Assembly (NCBI RefSeq): GCF_963921235.1
Contig: NC_086108.1
Span: 100,814,001 to 100,878,000 of the forward strand
DNA length: 64,000 bases
Source: Mobula hypostoma
Lineage: Eukaryota
Reading direction: 5' to 3'
This document shows positions 26,376 to 38,707 of the stretch, one piece after another; the first letter of the stretch is position 1, and every line of letters starts with the position of its first letter. A model generated the notes under the pieces. That model did no database searches. It was not told the DNA's origin and worked only from the letters and a program-made list of their open reading frames with translations. Both the position numbers and the translations under genes were made by a program.

Positions 26376-26957
26376 TATAATAAAAAATAAGATAATCAAT
26401 TCTCCTCTTATCATTTCATAAAAAGAAAAAAAAGAGGAAGAAACTTTTATAATTTTTATATATATAAAAAAAACCACGATTCTCTATAAACAAAAACAAA
26501 AAAAAAGCAAAAGGGAAAAAAGGGAACTGGGCAGCCCATACTGAGAGTAAAAGCAAGAAAAAAGAGAAACTTTTTGATCACATCCAATGTTTCGAGAAAG
26601 TAACTGGAAGAGCAATAAATCAAACCATATGAAAATATTGAATAAAAGGTCGCCAGGTTTCTTCAAATTTAAAGGATGTATCAATTGTCCGACTTCTTAT
26701 TTTCTCTAAACTTAGACAGGACGTAATGGAAGAAAGCCAATAAAAAACAGTAGGTGGATTAGATTCCTTCCATTTAAGCAAAATGGCTCTCTGAGCCAAT
26801 AAAGTTGTAAAAGCTATCATCCATATACTTTATACTTTATTGTCGCCAAACAATTGATACTACAAACACAAAATAATCTGCAGATGCTGTTGTCAAAGGA
26901 ACACTCACAATGCGCTGGAGGAACTCAGCAGGTCAGTCAGCATCAGTTGAAAAGATT

Positions 26958-26993
26958 AGTCGACGTTTCGGGCCGAAACCCTTCATCAGGACT
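26958..26993 (-). ncRNA. Minimal type I hammerhead ribozyme motif, core intact
   Basis: AGUC-CUGAUGA-A-GGGU(UUCG)GCCC-GAAAC-GUC-GACU: stem I AGUC/GACU, stem II capped by UUCG, palindromic ACGU in place of stem III, GUC cleavage triplet. Confidence 0.78.
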
Positions 26994-27254
26994 GAAGGAA
27001 GAACTTTGGGGAGGGTTTGAAGAATGCTGGTAGTTGAAAAAAATAGTAATTTGAAAGACAAGAGGGTGGGGCAGGGGAAGCAAGGAGGTGATTGGCAGGA
27101 GAACAATGCGCAGTAGTGAAAAAAACAATAATTTCCTGTGCATTGTTCTCCTGACAATCACCTCCTTGCTTCCCCTCCCCCACCCCTTTGTCTTTCAAAT
27201 TACTGTTTTTTTCAATACCAGCATTCTTCAAACCCTCCCCAAAGTTCTTCCTTC

Positions 27255-27290
27255 AGTCCTGACGAAAGGTTTCAGCCCGAAACGTCGACT
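27255..27290 (+). ncRNA. Minimal type I hammerhead ribozyme motif, core intact with stem II mismatch
   Basis: AGUC-CUGACGA-A-AGGU(UUCA)GCCC-GAAAC-GUC-GACU. Confidence 0.72.
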
Positions 27291-28148
27291 AATCTTTTCA
27301 ACTGATGCTGACTGACCTGCTGAATTGATACTACAATGTACAATCATCACAGCGATATTTGATTCTGCGCTTCCCACTCCCTGAATTACAAATCGATAGT
27401 AAATATTAAAGATTTAAATTATAAATCAAAATTAGAAAATAGAAAAATGGAAAGTAAGGTAGTGCAAAAAAACAGAGAGGCAGGTCCGGATATTTGGTGG
27501 GTACGGCCCAGATCCGGGTCAGGATCCGTTCAGCAGTCTTATCACAGTTGGAAAGAAGCTGTTCCCAAATTTGGCCGTACGAGTCTTCAAGCTCCTGCGC
27601 CTTCTCCCGGAAGGAAGAGGGACGAAAAGTGTGTTGGCTGGGTGGGTCATGTCCTTGATTATCCTGGCAGCACTGCTCCGACAGCGTGCGGTGTAAAGTG
27701 AGTCCAAGGACGGAAGATTGGTTTGTGTGATGTGCTGTACCATGTTCATGATCTTCTGCAGCTTCTTTTGGTCTTAGACAGGACAACTTCCATACCAGGT
27801 TGTGATGCACCCCAGAAGAATGCTTTCTACGGTGCATCTATGAAAATTAGTGAGGGTTTTAGGGGACAGGCCAAATTTCTTTAGTTTCCTCAGGAAGTAA
27901 AGGTGCTGGTGGGCCTTCTTGGCAGTGGACTCTGCTTGGTTGGACTAAGTCAGGGCATTTGTGATATTGACCCCGAGGAACTTAAAGCTTTTGACCTGTT
28001 CCACTTGTGCACCACCGATGTAAATTGGGTCGTGTGGTCCGCTACTCCTTCTGAAATCAACAACCAATTCCTTCGTCTTGCTGACGTTGAGGGATAGGTT
28101 ATTGTCTTCGCACCATGCCGCCAGGTTCTTAATTTCCTCTCTGTACTC

Positions 28149-28991
28149 TGTGACGAGAATACACATAGATAAGATGTTAGCTGTCCTATGTGATCAGCAG
28201 TTGGTCTGCCACCTGTCTTCAAGAGAGAGATAAGGAACACAATGAAACAGCATCTGGAGACGTGTAATGAAGGGACGGGAGAGAGAGCTGTCTGGAGCGG
28301 CTCCCCCTTTGAACCCTGAACTGTATGAAGTGATGGACAGGCGATACCCCAGCAGGGGGATAAAAAGGGACAGGTTCGCTAAGGCAGGACACACACGACA
28401 CCCGAGGTAACGAGACCCTGGAAGTGGTGCGCCTCTCACGAGTCGGTGGGAAGTATCGGACAACGCACAGGGTGGAAAGGTACGATCAGCGGGAACCCGG
28501 TGTGTGTCCGCCCTTGCTTGGGTGCCGGGTTCACTGCAGAGGATCGACCGCATCTGGAGGAGGGGTCACAGTTGGTGACCTCAGGTGACATCACCAAGGA
28601 CCTGCCCGAAAGCTGCTTGTGAGCCATATCGCCGGTCTGTGAGTGGAAGCCGTGTTTGAATGATCAGTCGTTCCCGTTCTCTCTCTCTCTCCCCCCACGT
28701 TGTCCATCGCCATGGCAATGATTACTGCGAACTGAACTAAATTGGACTGAACTTTTGTGTCACTTTGAAATTTGGTCATTTACCCCTAGACAACGATAGA
28801 GCTTGATTGATGCTGTTATCTTAATTCTGTGCACATGTGTGTTTATCATTGCTGAACTGTTGCATTTATTATCCTTTTGATTACCGTGTTGCTTGTTTCT
28901 TTAATAAAACTTTCTTAGTTCTAGTAATCCAGACTCCAACTGAGTGATCCATTTCTGCTGGTTTGGCAACCCAGTTACGGGGTACGTAACA
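28149..28991 (+). mobile_element. Solo LTR, 843 bp, young (CpG-rich)
   Basis: Termini TGTGACG...CGTAACA; 4 bp TSD ACTC at 28145-28148 and 28992-28995; AATAAA near 28903. It splits the Rex RT reading frame. Confidence 0.92.
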
Positions 28992-30629
28992 ACTCAAACT
29001 CAGCATTACCCGAGATAGCTTACAATTGTTGTGTCATCAACAAACTTATATATTGAGTTCGATGGAAAGTTGGCTACACAGTCATGGGTTACACAATCAT
29101 CCGTTGAGTGGAAACAGGAATATGTCCTGCTTCCAGTGGAATTATCTCATAAATTGCTGTAAATAAATTCGGTTGTAGGTCCAAATTCAAGTCTTTTGAT
29201 AAAGTTTTAAAGACATCTTTCCAAAAATTATCTATTTTGATACAAGACCAAAACATATGAGTTAAAGTAGCCATCTCAATATTACATCTGTTGCAAATAG
29301 GATTAACATTAGGAGAAATACAGGCTAATTTATCCTTTGACAAATGTGCCCGATGTACTACCTAGAACTGTATCAAGGAATGACAGGCACAAATAGTTGA
29401 AGTATTTTCCAAATGAAAAATTTTATCCCATTGATTATCTGAAAGTGACTCTCGAAATTCCAATTCCCACACACCTTTAATTTTATCGTTAGATACCTTT
29501 CGCAAATTCAATAACCATTTATAAATTATAGCTATCAGTTCTTTTTGAAATGGTTTAACCTGAAAAAGAATATCTACCATATTTGGGTGGATAAGCAGAG
29601 GGAAAATTTGGAAGTAACACGTAAAAAAATTCCTAATTAGTAAATATCTAAAAAAGTGTGCATTAGATAAGTCATATTTGTCCACTAACTGAGTGAAAGA
29701 CATTAAACAATCCCCCATAAACAAATCTAAAAAAGTTATTATTCCTTTGGTTTTCCAAATTAAAAAGGTCTGATTGGAAATTGATGGTTTAAAAAAAATT
29801 AAGATGGATTTTACCAGAAAGAACAAAGTTATTGAACTCAAAAAATCTACGAAACTGAAACCAAATTCTTAATGTATGTTTAATAATGGGATTGTGGTCT
29901 CGACTACCAATCTTAGAAAGCAAAAAAAGGAAGAGGAGCTCCCAGTAAAGAGGCCAAAGAATACTCCTTCACCGAATTTTTCTCCAAATCCACCCATAAA
30001 GGACAGTCATGTATGTCTGAATAATGAATCCAAAACAAAATCTATTGAATATTAATTGCCCAGTAATTCATTCTAAAATTTGGCAAAGCCATACCACCAT
30101 GCTTTTTTAATTTCTGCAATAGCGGTTTACTCAATCTAGGATTTTTATTATTCCAAATATAAGATAAAATTTTAGAATCTATTCTGTCAAAAAACAGTTT
30201 AGGAACAAAAGAAGGGATTGCTTGAAATACATATAAGAACTTCGGTAGCACTATCATTTTAATAGCATTAATTCGACCAATTAATGATAATGTCAAAGGA
30301 GACCATTTAGAACGTATTTGTTGCATGTATTCAATGAATGGAAGAAAGTTATATTTATACAGGTCCTTAAAATTTTCGTTAATTTTAATGCCAAGATAAG
30401 TGAAGTTATTTTTAGCAATGCTAAAAGGAATTTGATCATATCGATCCAAGTAGTTGTTAATAGGAAATAACTCACTTTTGTGTAAATTTAATTTATATCC
30501 AGAAAAACTACTAAATTCAGAAAATATATATAACATAGAAGGAACAGGTTTCTTAGGATCTGAAATATAAACTAACAAGTCATCTGCATACAACAAAACT
30601 TTATGCTCTTTATCTCCTCTCTTAATACC

Positions 30630-31069
30630 AACTGAAGCTGCCCAGAAAGGCTGGAAGACCAAGATTTTCCCCGTAGAAGTGGGATGCAGGGGATCATTGC
30701 TACATCTACGACCAGTCTATTGAAGAAGATGGGGTGAGGGAGTCACTCCCTCCAACAAGCAATCAAGTCCTTGTCAAACGCAGCAGAAGAAAGCAGCAAT
30801 TGGATTTGGATTAAAAGGAAAGAGAACAACTGGGCTGCAGGATGAAGACAGGAGGGTATGGAACTGAGGGGGGTGTATCTGGGATGACAGGTAGCACTGT
30901 TGAACCCTCTGGAGTCGTCGTGGGCTTATCAACGAAATGTCAAAGAAGGAGGGTGCCCACCTGATGACCCCGATGACGTACCTACCCTCCCTCCTTGTCA
31001 CCACTCCAAACCCACTACCAACATCAAGAGTGCCAACTTACCATAGGGATTGAGTCCTAGTAGCTCTAC
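30630..31069 (+). mobile_element. HERO/R2-group (restriction-like endonuclease) retrotransposon 3' fragment inside L1
   Basis: Plus strand encodes GWKTKIFPVEVGCRG...SLSNAAEESSNWIWIKRKE. The L1 frame NNVQ|GIKRG is split at this point. Confidence 0.75.
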
Positions 31070-33694
31070 TTGAACATTGTTGGAGTCCCGAAGTGCAATA
31101 GCAAGAGGTTCTAAAGCCAGGTTAAATAACAGCAGACTAAGAGGACAACCCTGCCGGGTATCTCTGTATAGCCTAAAATAAGGAGATTTTTGATTGTTAG
31201 TTAAAACTGCTGCCATAGGAGCTTGATAGATCAGCTTAATCTGGGAATTAAAACCTGGACCAAAATTAAATCTTTCTAAAACCTCAAATAAATAAGACCA
31301 CTCTACCCTATCAAAGGCTTTCTCTGCATCAAGGGAAACAACAACACATTCAGATTCTTTAGATGGAGAGGAATGAATAATGTTCAATAATCTCCAAACA
31401 TTAAAATATAAGTATCTATTCTTAATAAATCCAGTTTGATCCTTAGAAATAACCTTAGGTAAAATATTCTCGAGCCTGTCAGCCAAAATCTTAGAAAGAA
31501 TTTTAGAATCCATATTTAATAAGGAAATTTGTCTGAAAGAGGCACATTAAGATAAATCTTTTTTCTTTTTTCAGAATTAATGAAATTGATGCTTCACAGA
31601 AAGTTTTTGGAAGGGTCCTAGAGGATATAGAACCAGTGAAAATTTGGCATAAATGAGGTGTAAGTATTTCAGTAAAAGTCTTTAAAAATGCTACTGTAAA
31701 TCCATCTGGTCCCGGAACTTTACCTGATTGAAAAGAAGATATAGCCCTTGCTATTTCCTCTTGTTTAATAGGTGCATCTAATGTATTCATATCTTGAATA
31801 GAAATTTTGGGTATATTCAATCTTTGCAAGAATCTATTTATAAAAGTAGTATTGTCTGGAAAATCAGATTTATAAGGGTTAGAGTAAAAATCCAGAAATA
31901 CCTTATTAATTTTCTGACAATCTGACATTTCAGTTCTATCAGTTCTTCGTATTTTCAAAATCTGCCTTCTAGCCATAGTTGCTTTAAGTTGACCAGCCAA
32001 CAATTTACCTGACTTATCCCCATGTATATAAAATTGACTTTTAGATTTCAAAATTTGCTGCTCAGTGGGAAAAGTCAAAAGCAGATCATACTGTGTTTGA
32101 AGTTCCACCCTTTCCTTATATAGATCTTCACTAGGTGTTACTGAATAAACATTATCTATTTCTTTAATCCTGTTAGTAATTACTAAAAGCTCCGCTTTAG
32201 TTTTCCTTCTTAAAGCTACTGAATATGAGATTATCTGTCCCCTAAGAAAAGGTTTCATTTCATCCCAAATAACCAAATTTGACATACCCTCGGTTGTATT
32301 TAATTCAAAAATAGAGAAATTTGCTCTTTAATATAACTTACAAATGCTGAATCATGCAGCAGTGTGGCATTATATCTCCACTGAGATGCATTCCGTATAT
32401 TATCAGGGAGCTTCAGTATTAGTTTCGTGGGCGCATGATTTGACAACACAATAGTGTCACACGCACAGTCAGCAACAAAAGGCACCAATCGCGTATCCAA
32501 CAAAAAATAAACAATTCTTGAATATTTATGATGCCCATGTGAAAAAAAAGAAAAATCCTTATCTTTAGGATGAAGAAATTTCTAAATATCAATCAAACCA
32601 TATTCTAGTAATAAAGAATTAATACAGGTCGCAGCCTTATTAGGAAGACACGGATTGGTTAATGACTTATCAATCGAAGGATTGAGACAACAGTTAAAGT
32701 CACCGCTTATGATCAACTATTATTCATTTAAGTTCGGCAAGGCAGAAAATAACCTCTTAAAAAATTCAGAGCTATCTACATTAGGTGCATATACACACAC
32801 CAAAGCCATCTTTTGACCACATAACAAACCAGTAACAATTAAATATCTTCCAATTGAATCAGTGACAATATTAAAATGTAGAAAAGGGATTTTAAAATTA
32901 ATAAAAATAGATACCCCTCTAATTTTAGTTACCGATGAAGAGTGACACTGAGAGTCCCTCCAAAATTTAAAAAAATGGTTTTCATCCTCCCTATGGATAT
33001 GGGTCTCTTGCACAAAAATAATATCAGCTTGGAGTGTTTTTAATTTCTTAAAGATCTTTCTACGCTTAATAGGTTGGTTCAAGCCATTCAGGTTCCAAAA
33101 GATTATATTAATTTTATTAACATTTATAATAAGGCTTTAATTTAAGATTTTATAAAATAAGTTAGTGCGCCAGCACAGACCAAACCTGCAGGGAAGAACA
33201 AATTATGCATTCGATCAGAGAAAAAAAAACATGATTGACAGGAAAACCTCTCAGGACTGCCCAGTTGAAAAAGCCTAAACTAATAGCCCTACCCCCTCCC
33301 CAAAAACCATCCAATAGGTGGACAGCATGCCTATAATCCCTTAACCCCTGTCTCCAATAGGCAGACTCTTCTTAAAAAGTTATGCGCTAACACCACTGAC
33401 TAAAGACACAACAACACATACATGAAAAAATAAACAAATTCCAAATATTTTGATATTTTGTCTAACAGGTTAAAACACAGTTAGCAGCAGCCATCTTACA
33501 TTCATTTAATAAAAATTGATCATATATTCAAAAGAGATAAATCTAACCAAATAATATGTTACGACTAGTGTTAAACTCTTACAAATCCTAAAGGAAAAAA
33601 TAAAACAGCCAAAAAGATGTCTGGGCAGACATAAAACATAGATTAAACTTTCAATAATCCAACTACAAATGACTCCCAGCTAAGGATTAAGTGT

Positions 33695-34555
33695 TTAAAT
33701 TGCTTGCAAGACAGACTTAAATTCCTTTATAAATTTCCAAGCCTCTTCTAGGGAGTCAAACTGTTTTGGGCGGGCGTTAGGCGGAGAAATTCTCAAACGA
33801 GCTGGATAGCGCAATGAGGGACAACAGTTCTTCTTATAAAGTTCAACCATCACTTCCTGATATTTAATTCTTTCTGCATAAACCTCTGGGGCAAAATCTT
33901 CAACTATGCGAATTTCTACTCCATTATAAATTAGCTTCCCCCGCTTCCTAGAATCTCGAAGGATTGCTTCTTTAGCAGTAAAGTAATGCAAACATAAAAT
34001 CACAGGACGAGGTTTCATCTCAACAGAAGGCTTCGGGCGGAGGATTCGGTGAGTTCTATCTATCATCGGAGGAGCTTCAAAAATTTTTAGTGGCTCACCG
34101 GTTTCCATGTTTTCAGACAAACGCAGTATGCGTAAATTCATCCTACGACTTCTGCTTTCCAGATCAATCCTTTTCTTCTCAATTCTTAATAATTCCGAAG
34201 AAATCTCAACAATTTTCTGTTTCATAGTAGATATCTTTAATTGTCGGTCTTTAATCATTTGATTCACTGTCTCCTGTTCTCTTCTGATTCTATTAATGTC
34301 CTTTTTAAGCATCTGATATTGAAATTCCAGATTCCTCAAAGATTCCTGGATAGCAGAAATGGTTTTTTCAAGCTTTTCATTAGCATTCGTTACTTTATTA
34401 ATCTTGGTGTCCGCCATTCTGATCTTGGTATTAATATCTTGCATCAAAGAAAACATTCTTTCTGAAGTAGAGACTTCCTCTGACTCCTTTGTTTGTTTGG
34501 CTTCGGAAACAATTTTGCCACCTCTTAATTCGATTCCAGTTCGGGTTCCAGCCAT
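33695..34555 (-). pseudogene. L1 ORF1p (coiled-coil/RRM/CTD), open for 286 aa
   Basis: Typical L1 ORF1 motifs, positioned upstream of ORF2. Confidence 0.85.
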
Positions 34556-34699
34556 CGTAATTAAATTGTAAATCCTTCATTGAAAGTAATAAATCTTCAA
34601 AGTTTAAACAAAACCAGCAGTGGAAAGTAAGCTGTAAAAGGAAGGAGTAGTGCCAACACGGGTCTTACTCCATGGTCTGCTGAAAGGAGATTCCACAAG

Positions 34700-36600
34700 A
34701 TAAAATCCTGTGGCATTACAGGAAAGATACTGACATGGAAAGAGGAATGGCTGACAGGCAGGAGACAGCGAGTGGGAATAAAGGGGGCCTTTTCTAGTTG
34801 GCTGCCAGTGACTAATGGTGTTCTTCAGGGGTCAGTATTGAGACTGCTACTTTTCACATTGTTTGTTAATGATTTAGATCAGCGGTCCCCAGCCACCGGG
34901 CCACGGACCGGTACTGGCCTGCAGAGCATGTGCTACCGGGCCGTGAGGAAACGATATGAGCCAGCTGCACCTTTCCTCATTCCCTGTCACGCACTGTTGA
35001 ACTTGAACATAGGGTTGCCAACAGTCCTGTATTAGCCGGGACATCCCGTATATTGGGCTAAACTGGTTTGTCCTATACGGGACTGCCCTTGTCCTGTATT
35101 TCCCCCGCTAAGGTAGAGCGTTCCTATGAAGCCTTTCGTGCCAAAGTGGCGTGAAGCGAAGAAGCAATTACCATTAATTTATATGGGAAAATTTTTTGAG
35201 CGTTCCCAGACCCAAAAAATAACCTACCAAATCATACCAAATAACACATAAAACCGAAAATAATTAACACTAACATATAGTAAAAGCGAGAATGATATGA
35301 TAAATACACAGCCTATATAAAGTAGAAATAGTGTATTTACAGTATAATCGGCAAGATGAAGGCAAGTGGGAAAAATCGGCACGTACGCATATGCGCACAT
35401 CAGATGCGCACGTCACGCATGCGTACACAGGTACCCGCACAAGGCTTTATGGTCATGGTAGTCTTTCCTGGGTAAAGTGTACTTTTGGTACTTTTGTCCC
35501 TTATTTTGGATGAGAAAGTTGGCAACTCTAACTGTAAAAGACATGTTGAGGTGAGTTTAACCCTACTTGAACAGCCCCAGTCGGCCGGTCCACAAGAATA
35601 TTGTCAATATTAAACCGATCCGTGGTGCAGAAAAGGTTGGGGACCCCTGATTTAGATAGGTGGGGAAAGGTAGGTAATGCTGAGGAAGCAATGTGATTGC
35701 AGCAGGACTTAGACATATTGGAAGAATGGGCAAAAAAGTGGCAGATGGAGTAGAATATTAGGAAATGCATGATAATGCATTTTGGTAAAAGGAACAATAG
35801 TGCAGACTATTATCTAAATGGGGAGAAAATTCAAACATCAGAGGTGCAAAAGGACTAACGAGTCCTCGTGCAAGACTCCCAGAAGGTTAATTCGCAGGTG
35901 CATCTATGGTAAAGAAGGCAAATGCAATGTTGGCATTTATTTTAAGGGGAATAGATTGTAAAAACAAGAAGATAATGTTGAGGCTTTATAAGCCACTAGT
36001 CAGACCGCACTTGGAGTATTGTCAACAGTTTTGTGCCCCAGATCTCGGAAAGGATGTGTTGTCATTGGAGAGAGTCCAGAGGAGGTTCACGAGGATGATT
36101 CCGGGAATGAAGGGATTAACGATTGTCATTGGAGAGAGTCCAGAGGAGATTCACGAGGATCATTCTAGGAATGAAGGGGTTAACATATGAGCTGCTGTAC
36201 TCACTGGAACTTAGAAGAACGCAGGGTGACCTGATAGAGGTATGTAAGATGATAAGAGGCATGCAATAGATCAGACAACCGGTGCCCTTTTCCACGGGTG
36301 GAAAAGGCTAAAATGAGAGGGCATAATTTCAAGGTGATTGGAGGAAAGTATGAGGGGAATGTCAGATGTAGTTATTTTTACAGGAAGTGGTAGGTAGATG
36401 AATGAAACACACTGCTGAGGATGGTGGTAGAGGGAGATACATTAGGTACATTTAAGAGACTCATAGATGGGCAGATGGATAAAAGGAAAACAGAGTACTA
36501 TGAGGAAGGGAAGGATTGGATTTATCTTGTAGTAAGTTAAAAGGGATAGCACAACTCAGTGGGCCAAATGGCCTGCACTGCATGGTAATGTTCTATGTTC
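34700..36600 (+). mobile_element. CR1 LINE fragment interrupted by a hAT MITE
   Basis: Peptides NGVLQGSVLR and VRPHLEYCQQF; internal ~62 bp tandem duplication at 36059-36185. Confidence 0.8.
34880..35649. mobile_element. hAT (Charlie-like) non-autonomous element, composite interior
   Basis: TIRs CAGCGGTCCCCA and TGGGGACCCCTG; perfect 8 bp TSD atttagat at 34872-34879 and 35650-35657. Confidence 0.9.
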
Positions 36601-37394
36601 ATTATACTGACTCTATCCTTCCTCCACCCTCAGTCCTGATGCAGGGTTTCAACTTGAAACGTTGGCAGATCCTTTTGAGTTTAAGGGGCTTTTAAATAGA
36701 CACAGGAATATGAAGTGAATGGAGGGATACGGATGATACACAGGGAAGAGGACACTTGCATTAATTGGCTTCAGGACTGGCACAAGCAGGAATCCAGAGG
36801 TGAGGAGGAATTCCTTTTGCCAGAGGGTGGTGAATCCGTGGAATTTGTTGCCACAGGTGGCTGTGGAGGCCAAGTCACTGGGTTCATTTAAGGTAGAGAC
36901 TGACAGGTTGTGGAAGGGCACAGGGAGAAGGTGGGAGATTGGGGTAGAGGTGGAAGTGGATCAGCCATGTTGAAATGGCAGAGCAGACTCGATCGGCCTA
37001 ATGGCCTAATTCTGCTTCGATGTCTAATGGTCTGAGGCCAGCACAACAACTTGCCTGCTTAACGCTCTCCTGTTCTATCTTCTACATAAACTGTGGTAAG
37101 TCCTGGTGTGCTTAAGCCTGGGAATGGACTACAAATTGGTTGGAAGTTGATATTAACAGGTAGGTAGGTGTTGAAGCAGCTGTATCAGGCACTGAACAGA
37201 TCATCCTATTCATCAGAGTTGAAATCCCTGCTGCTTCCCAGTTGCGTTTGGGATATTTATTCAGAAGCTCAATAGAACCTGATTAAATTTGCCTCTGATA
37301 ACAGATTAGAAAGGGCATTTGAAACGGCTCGCAGGTTATAAATTAAGTTAGACAAAATGTGTAAGTGGGTAGATCAGTGACAAACTACATTTAG

Positions 37395-37570
37395 CTTGGA
37401 AAATAAATTACTCTACATATGAAGAAAGGAAATTGGCAGAGCACTTCAGGACTGGTGTTGATTTATCGGAGGATGATGATAAAAGAGACCCAGAGGAAGA
37501 TGATTCAGTTCTTTGTCCAGTTACCGAGGAACAGAAAACAATAAGCGAGTACTGGCCTGTGCCTCTGAAG
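37395..37570 (+). CDS. Candidate internal exon of an unidentified gene
   Basis: catttag|...CTGAAG|gtgaga, 176 bp, purine-rich and unique. Open frame WKINYSTYEERKLAEHFRTGVDLSEDDDKRDPEEDDSVLCPVTEEQKTISEYWPVPLK. The acceptor is weak and no homologue was recognised. Confidence 0.35.
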
Positions 37571-37593
37571 GTGAGATCAGGCTCGAGACTTGG

Positions 37594-37596
<3 letters not shown>

Positions 37597-37636
<40 letters not shown>

Positions 37637-37917
37637 TGTGTGCACATGTGTGTAGATGTTTGTGTACATGTGCATGTGTGAGTGTGTGTAAGCGTGTGCA
37701 CATGTGTGTGTGCATGAGTGCATGCACAGGTGTGTGGATGTTTGTGTGTGAGTGTGCATGAGTGTGTACACAGGTGTGCGCATGTGTGAGCTGTGAGTGT
37801 GTGCACGTGTGTGTGTGCCCATGCCTGTGGATATCTGTGTACGTGCGTGCGTGAGTGTGTGTGAGTGTGTGAGTGTGCGCACAGGTGTGTAGATGCTTGT
37901 ATGTGTGTATGCTTGGG

Positions 37918-37972
<55 letters not shown>

Positions 37973-38045
37973 ACGTGAGTGTGTGTACATATGTGTTGGA
38001 TGTTTGAACATGTGTGTGTGCTTTTGTGGGATGTGGTGTTTGTGC
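37597..38045. repeat. Degenerate (GT)n microsatellite
   Basis: Directly visible; the source of the HTHT/CVCV ORFs. Confidence 0.97.
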
Positions 38046-38707
38046 ATTTTTAAAAATATTTTATTTTGACATACAACAGGTTAACAGGCTCTTCCAGCCC
38101 AATGATCCTGTGTTTCCCTATCATACCTATGTGACCAATTAACCTACTAACCGATCGGCATTGGAACCTGGGAGGAAACCAGAGAGCCCGGAGGAAACCC
38201 ATTTACTCATAGGAAGAACATACAAACTCCTTACAGACAGCAGCGGGAATTAAACCTGAGTTGCTGGATTCATCCTGATTTTTGTTTTCAAGTTCCCAGA
38301 GGGTGACTTGTACTCATTACCTTCCAGATCCACTCACCATATTAAACTTCATTAAGCCTCTCTCCTGGAGAATAAATGTAGGACAGGGTGGCTTTGGGGA
38401 GAATTTATTTACCATAGATAGCAACGTTTATGAAAGAATGAGACTGACACATGAACAGGCAGGGAACGGAGGAATATAACCATGTGAAGGCAGGTACACA
38501 GTATAAATTGGCATCATAGTCAGTAAAGACATCGTGGGCTCAGGGGCCTCATCCTGTGTTGTAAAGTTCTATGCGCATTGTGTTGTCAAGGAAGACTTAT
38601 GGAAAGATCTTTTCAAATGTGACTGTCACTAAAGATTTCCAGCAGATTTCTATAATTGTACCGTGGAGAATGTTCTGACTAATCACATCACTGCCTGGTA
38701 TGGAGAC

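Larger units (their letters stand above)
26866..27322. mobile_element. 457 bp Penelope-derived fold-back element with two hammerhead motifs and 14 bp TSD
   Basis: TSD aattgatactacaa at 26852-26865 and 27323-27336; inverted arms ~26925-27113 and ~27136-27323. Confidence 0.9.
26823..29095 (-). mobile_element. 5'-truncated Rex1/Babar LINE inserted in L1 ORF2
   Basis: Peptides KFVDDTTIV, WCEDNNLSLNVSKTKELVVDFRR and LPSGRR...NSFFPTVIRLLN; flanking duplication atcatcc at 26816-26822 and 29096-29102; (atacttt)n tail. Confidence 0.88.
26378..34690 (-). mobile_element. Near full-length decayed L1-clade LINE, interrupted by nested insertions
   Basis: ORF1 at 33695-34555 (coiled coil, LESRSRRMNLRI, RPVIL). 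ORF2 pieces: endonuclease 32720-33082 (DIIFVQETH, VYAPN), RT 30998-31513 (LDAEKAFDRVEW, RQGCPLS), LYADD in 30042-30662, Cys-rich region 29089-29343, C-terminus 26620-26820. Confidence 0.93.

Noticed and set aside
37408..38047. His/Thr-rich ORFs
   Set aside because: (CA)n microsatellite.
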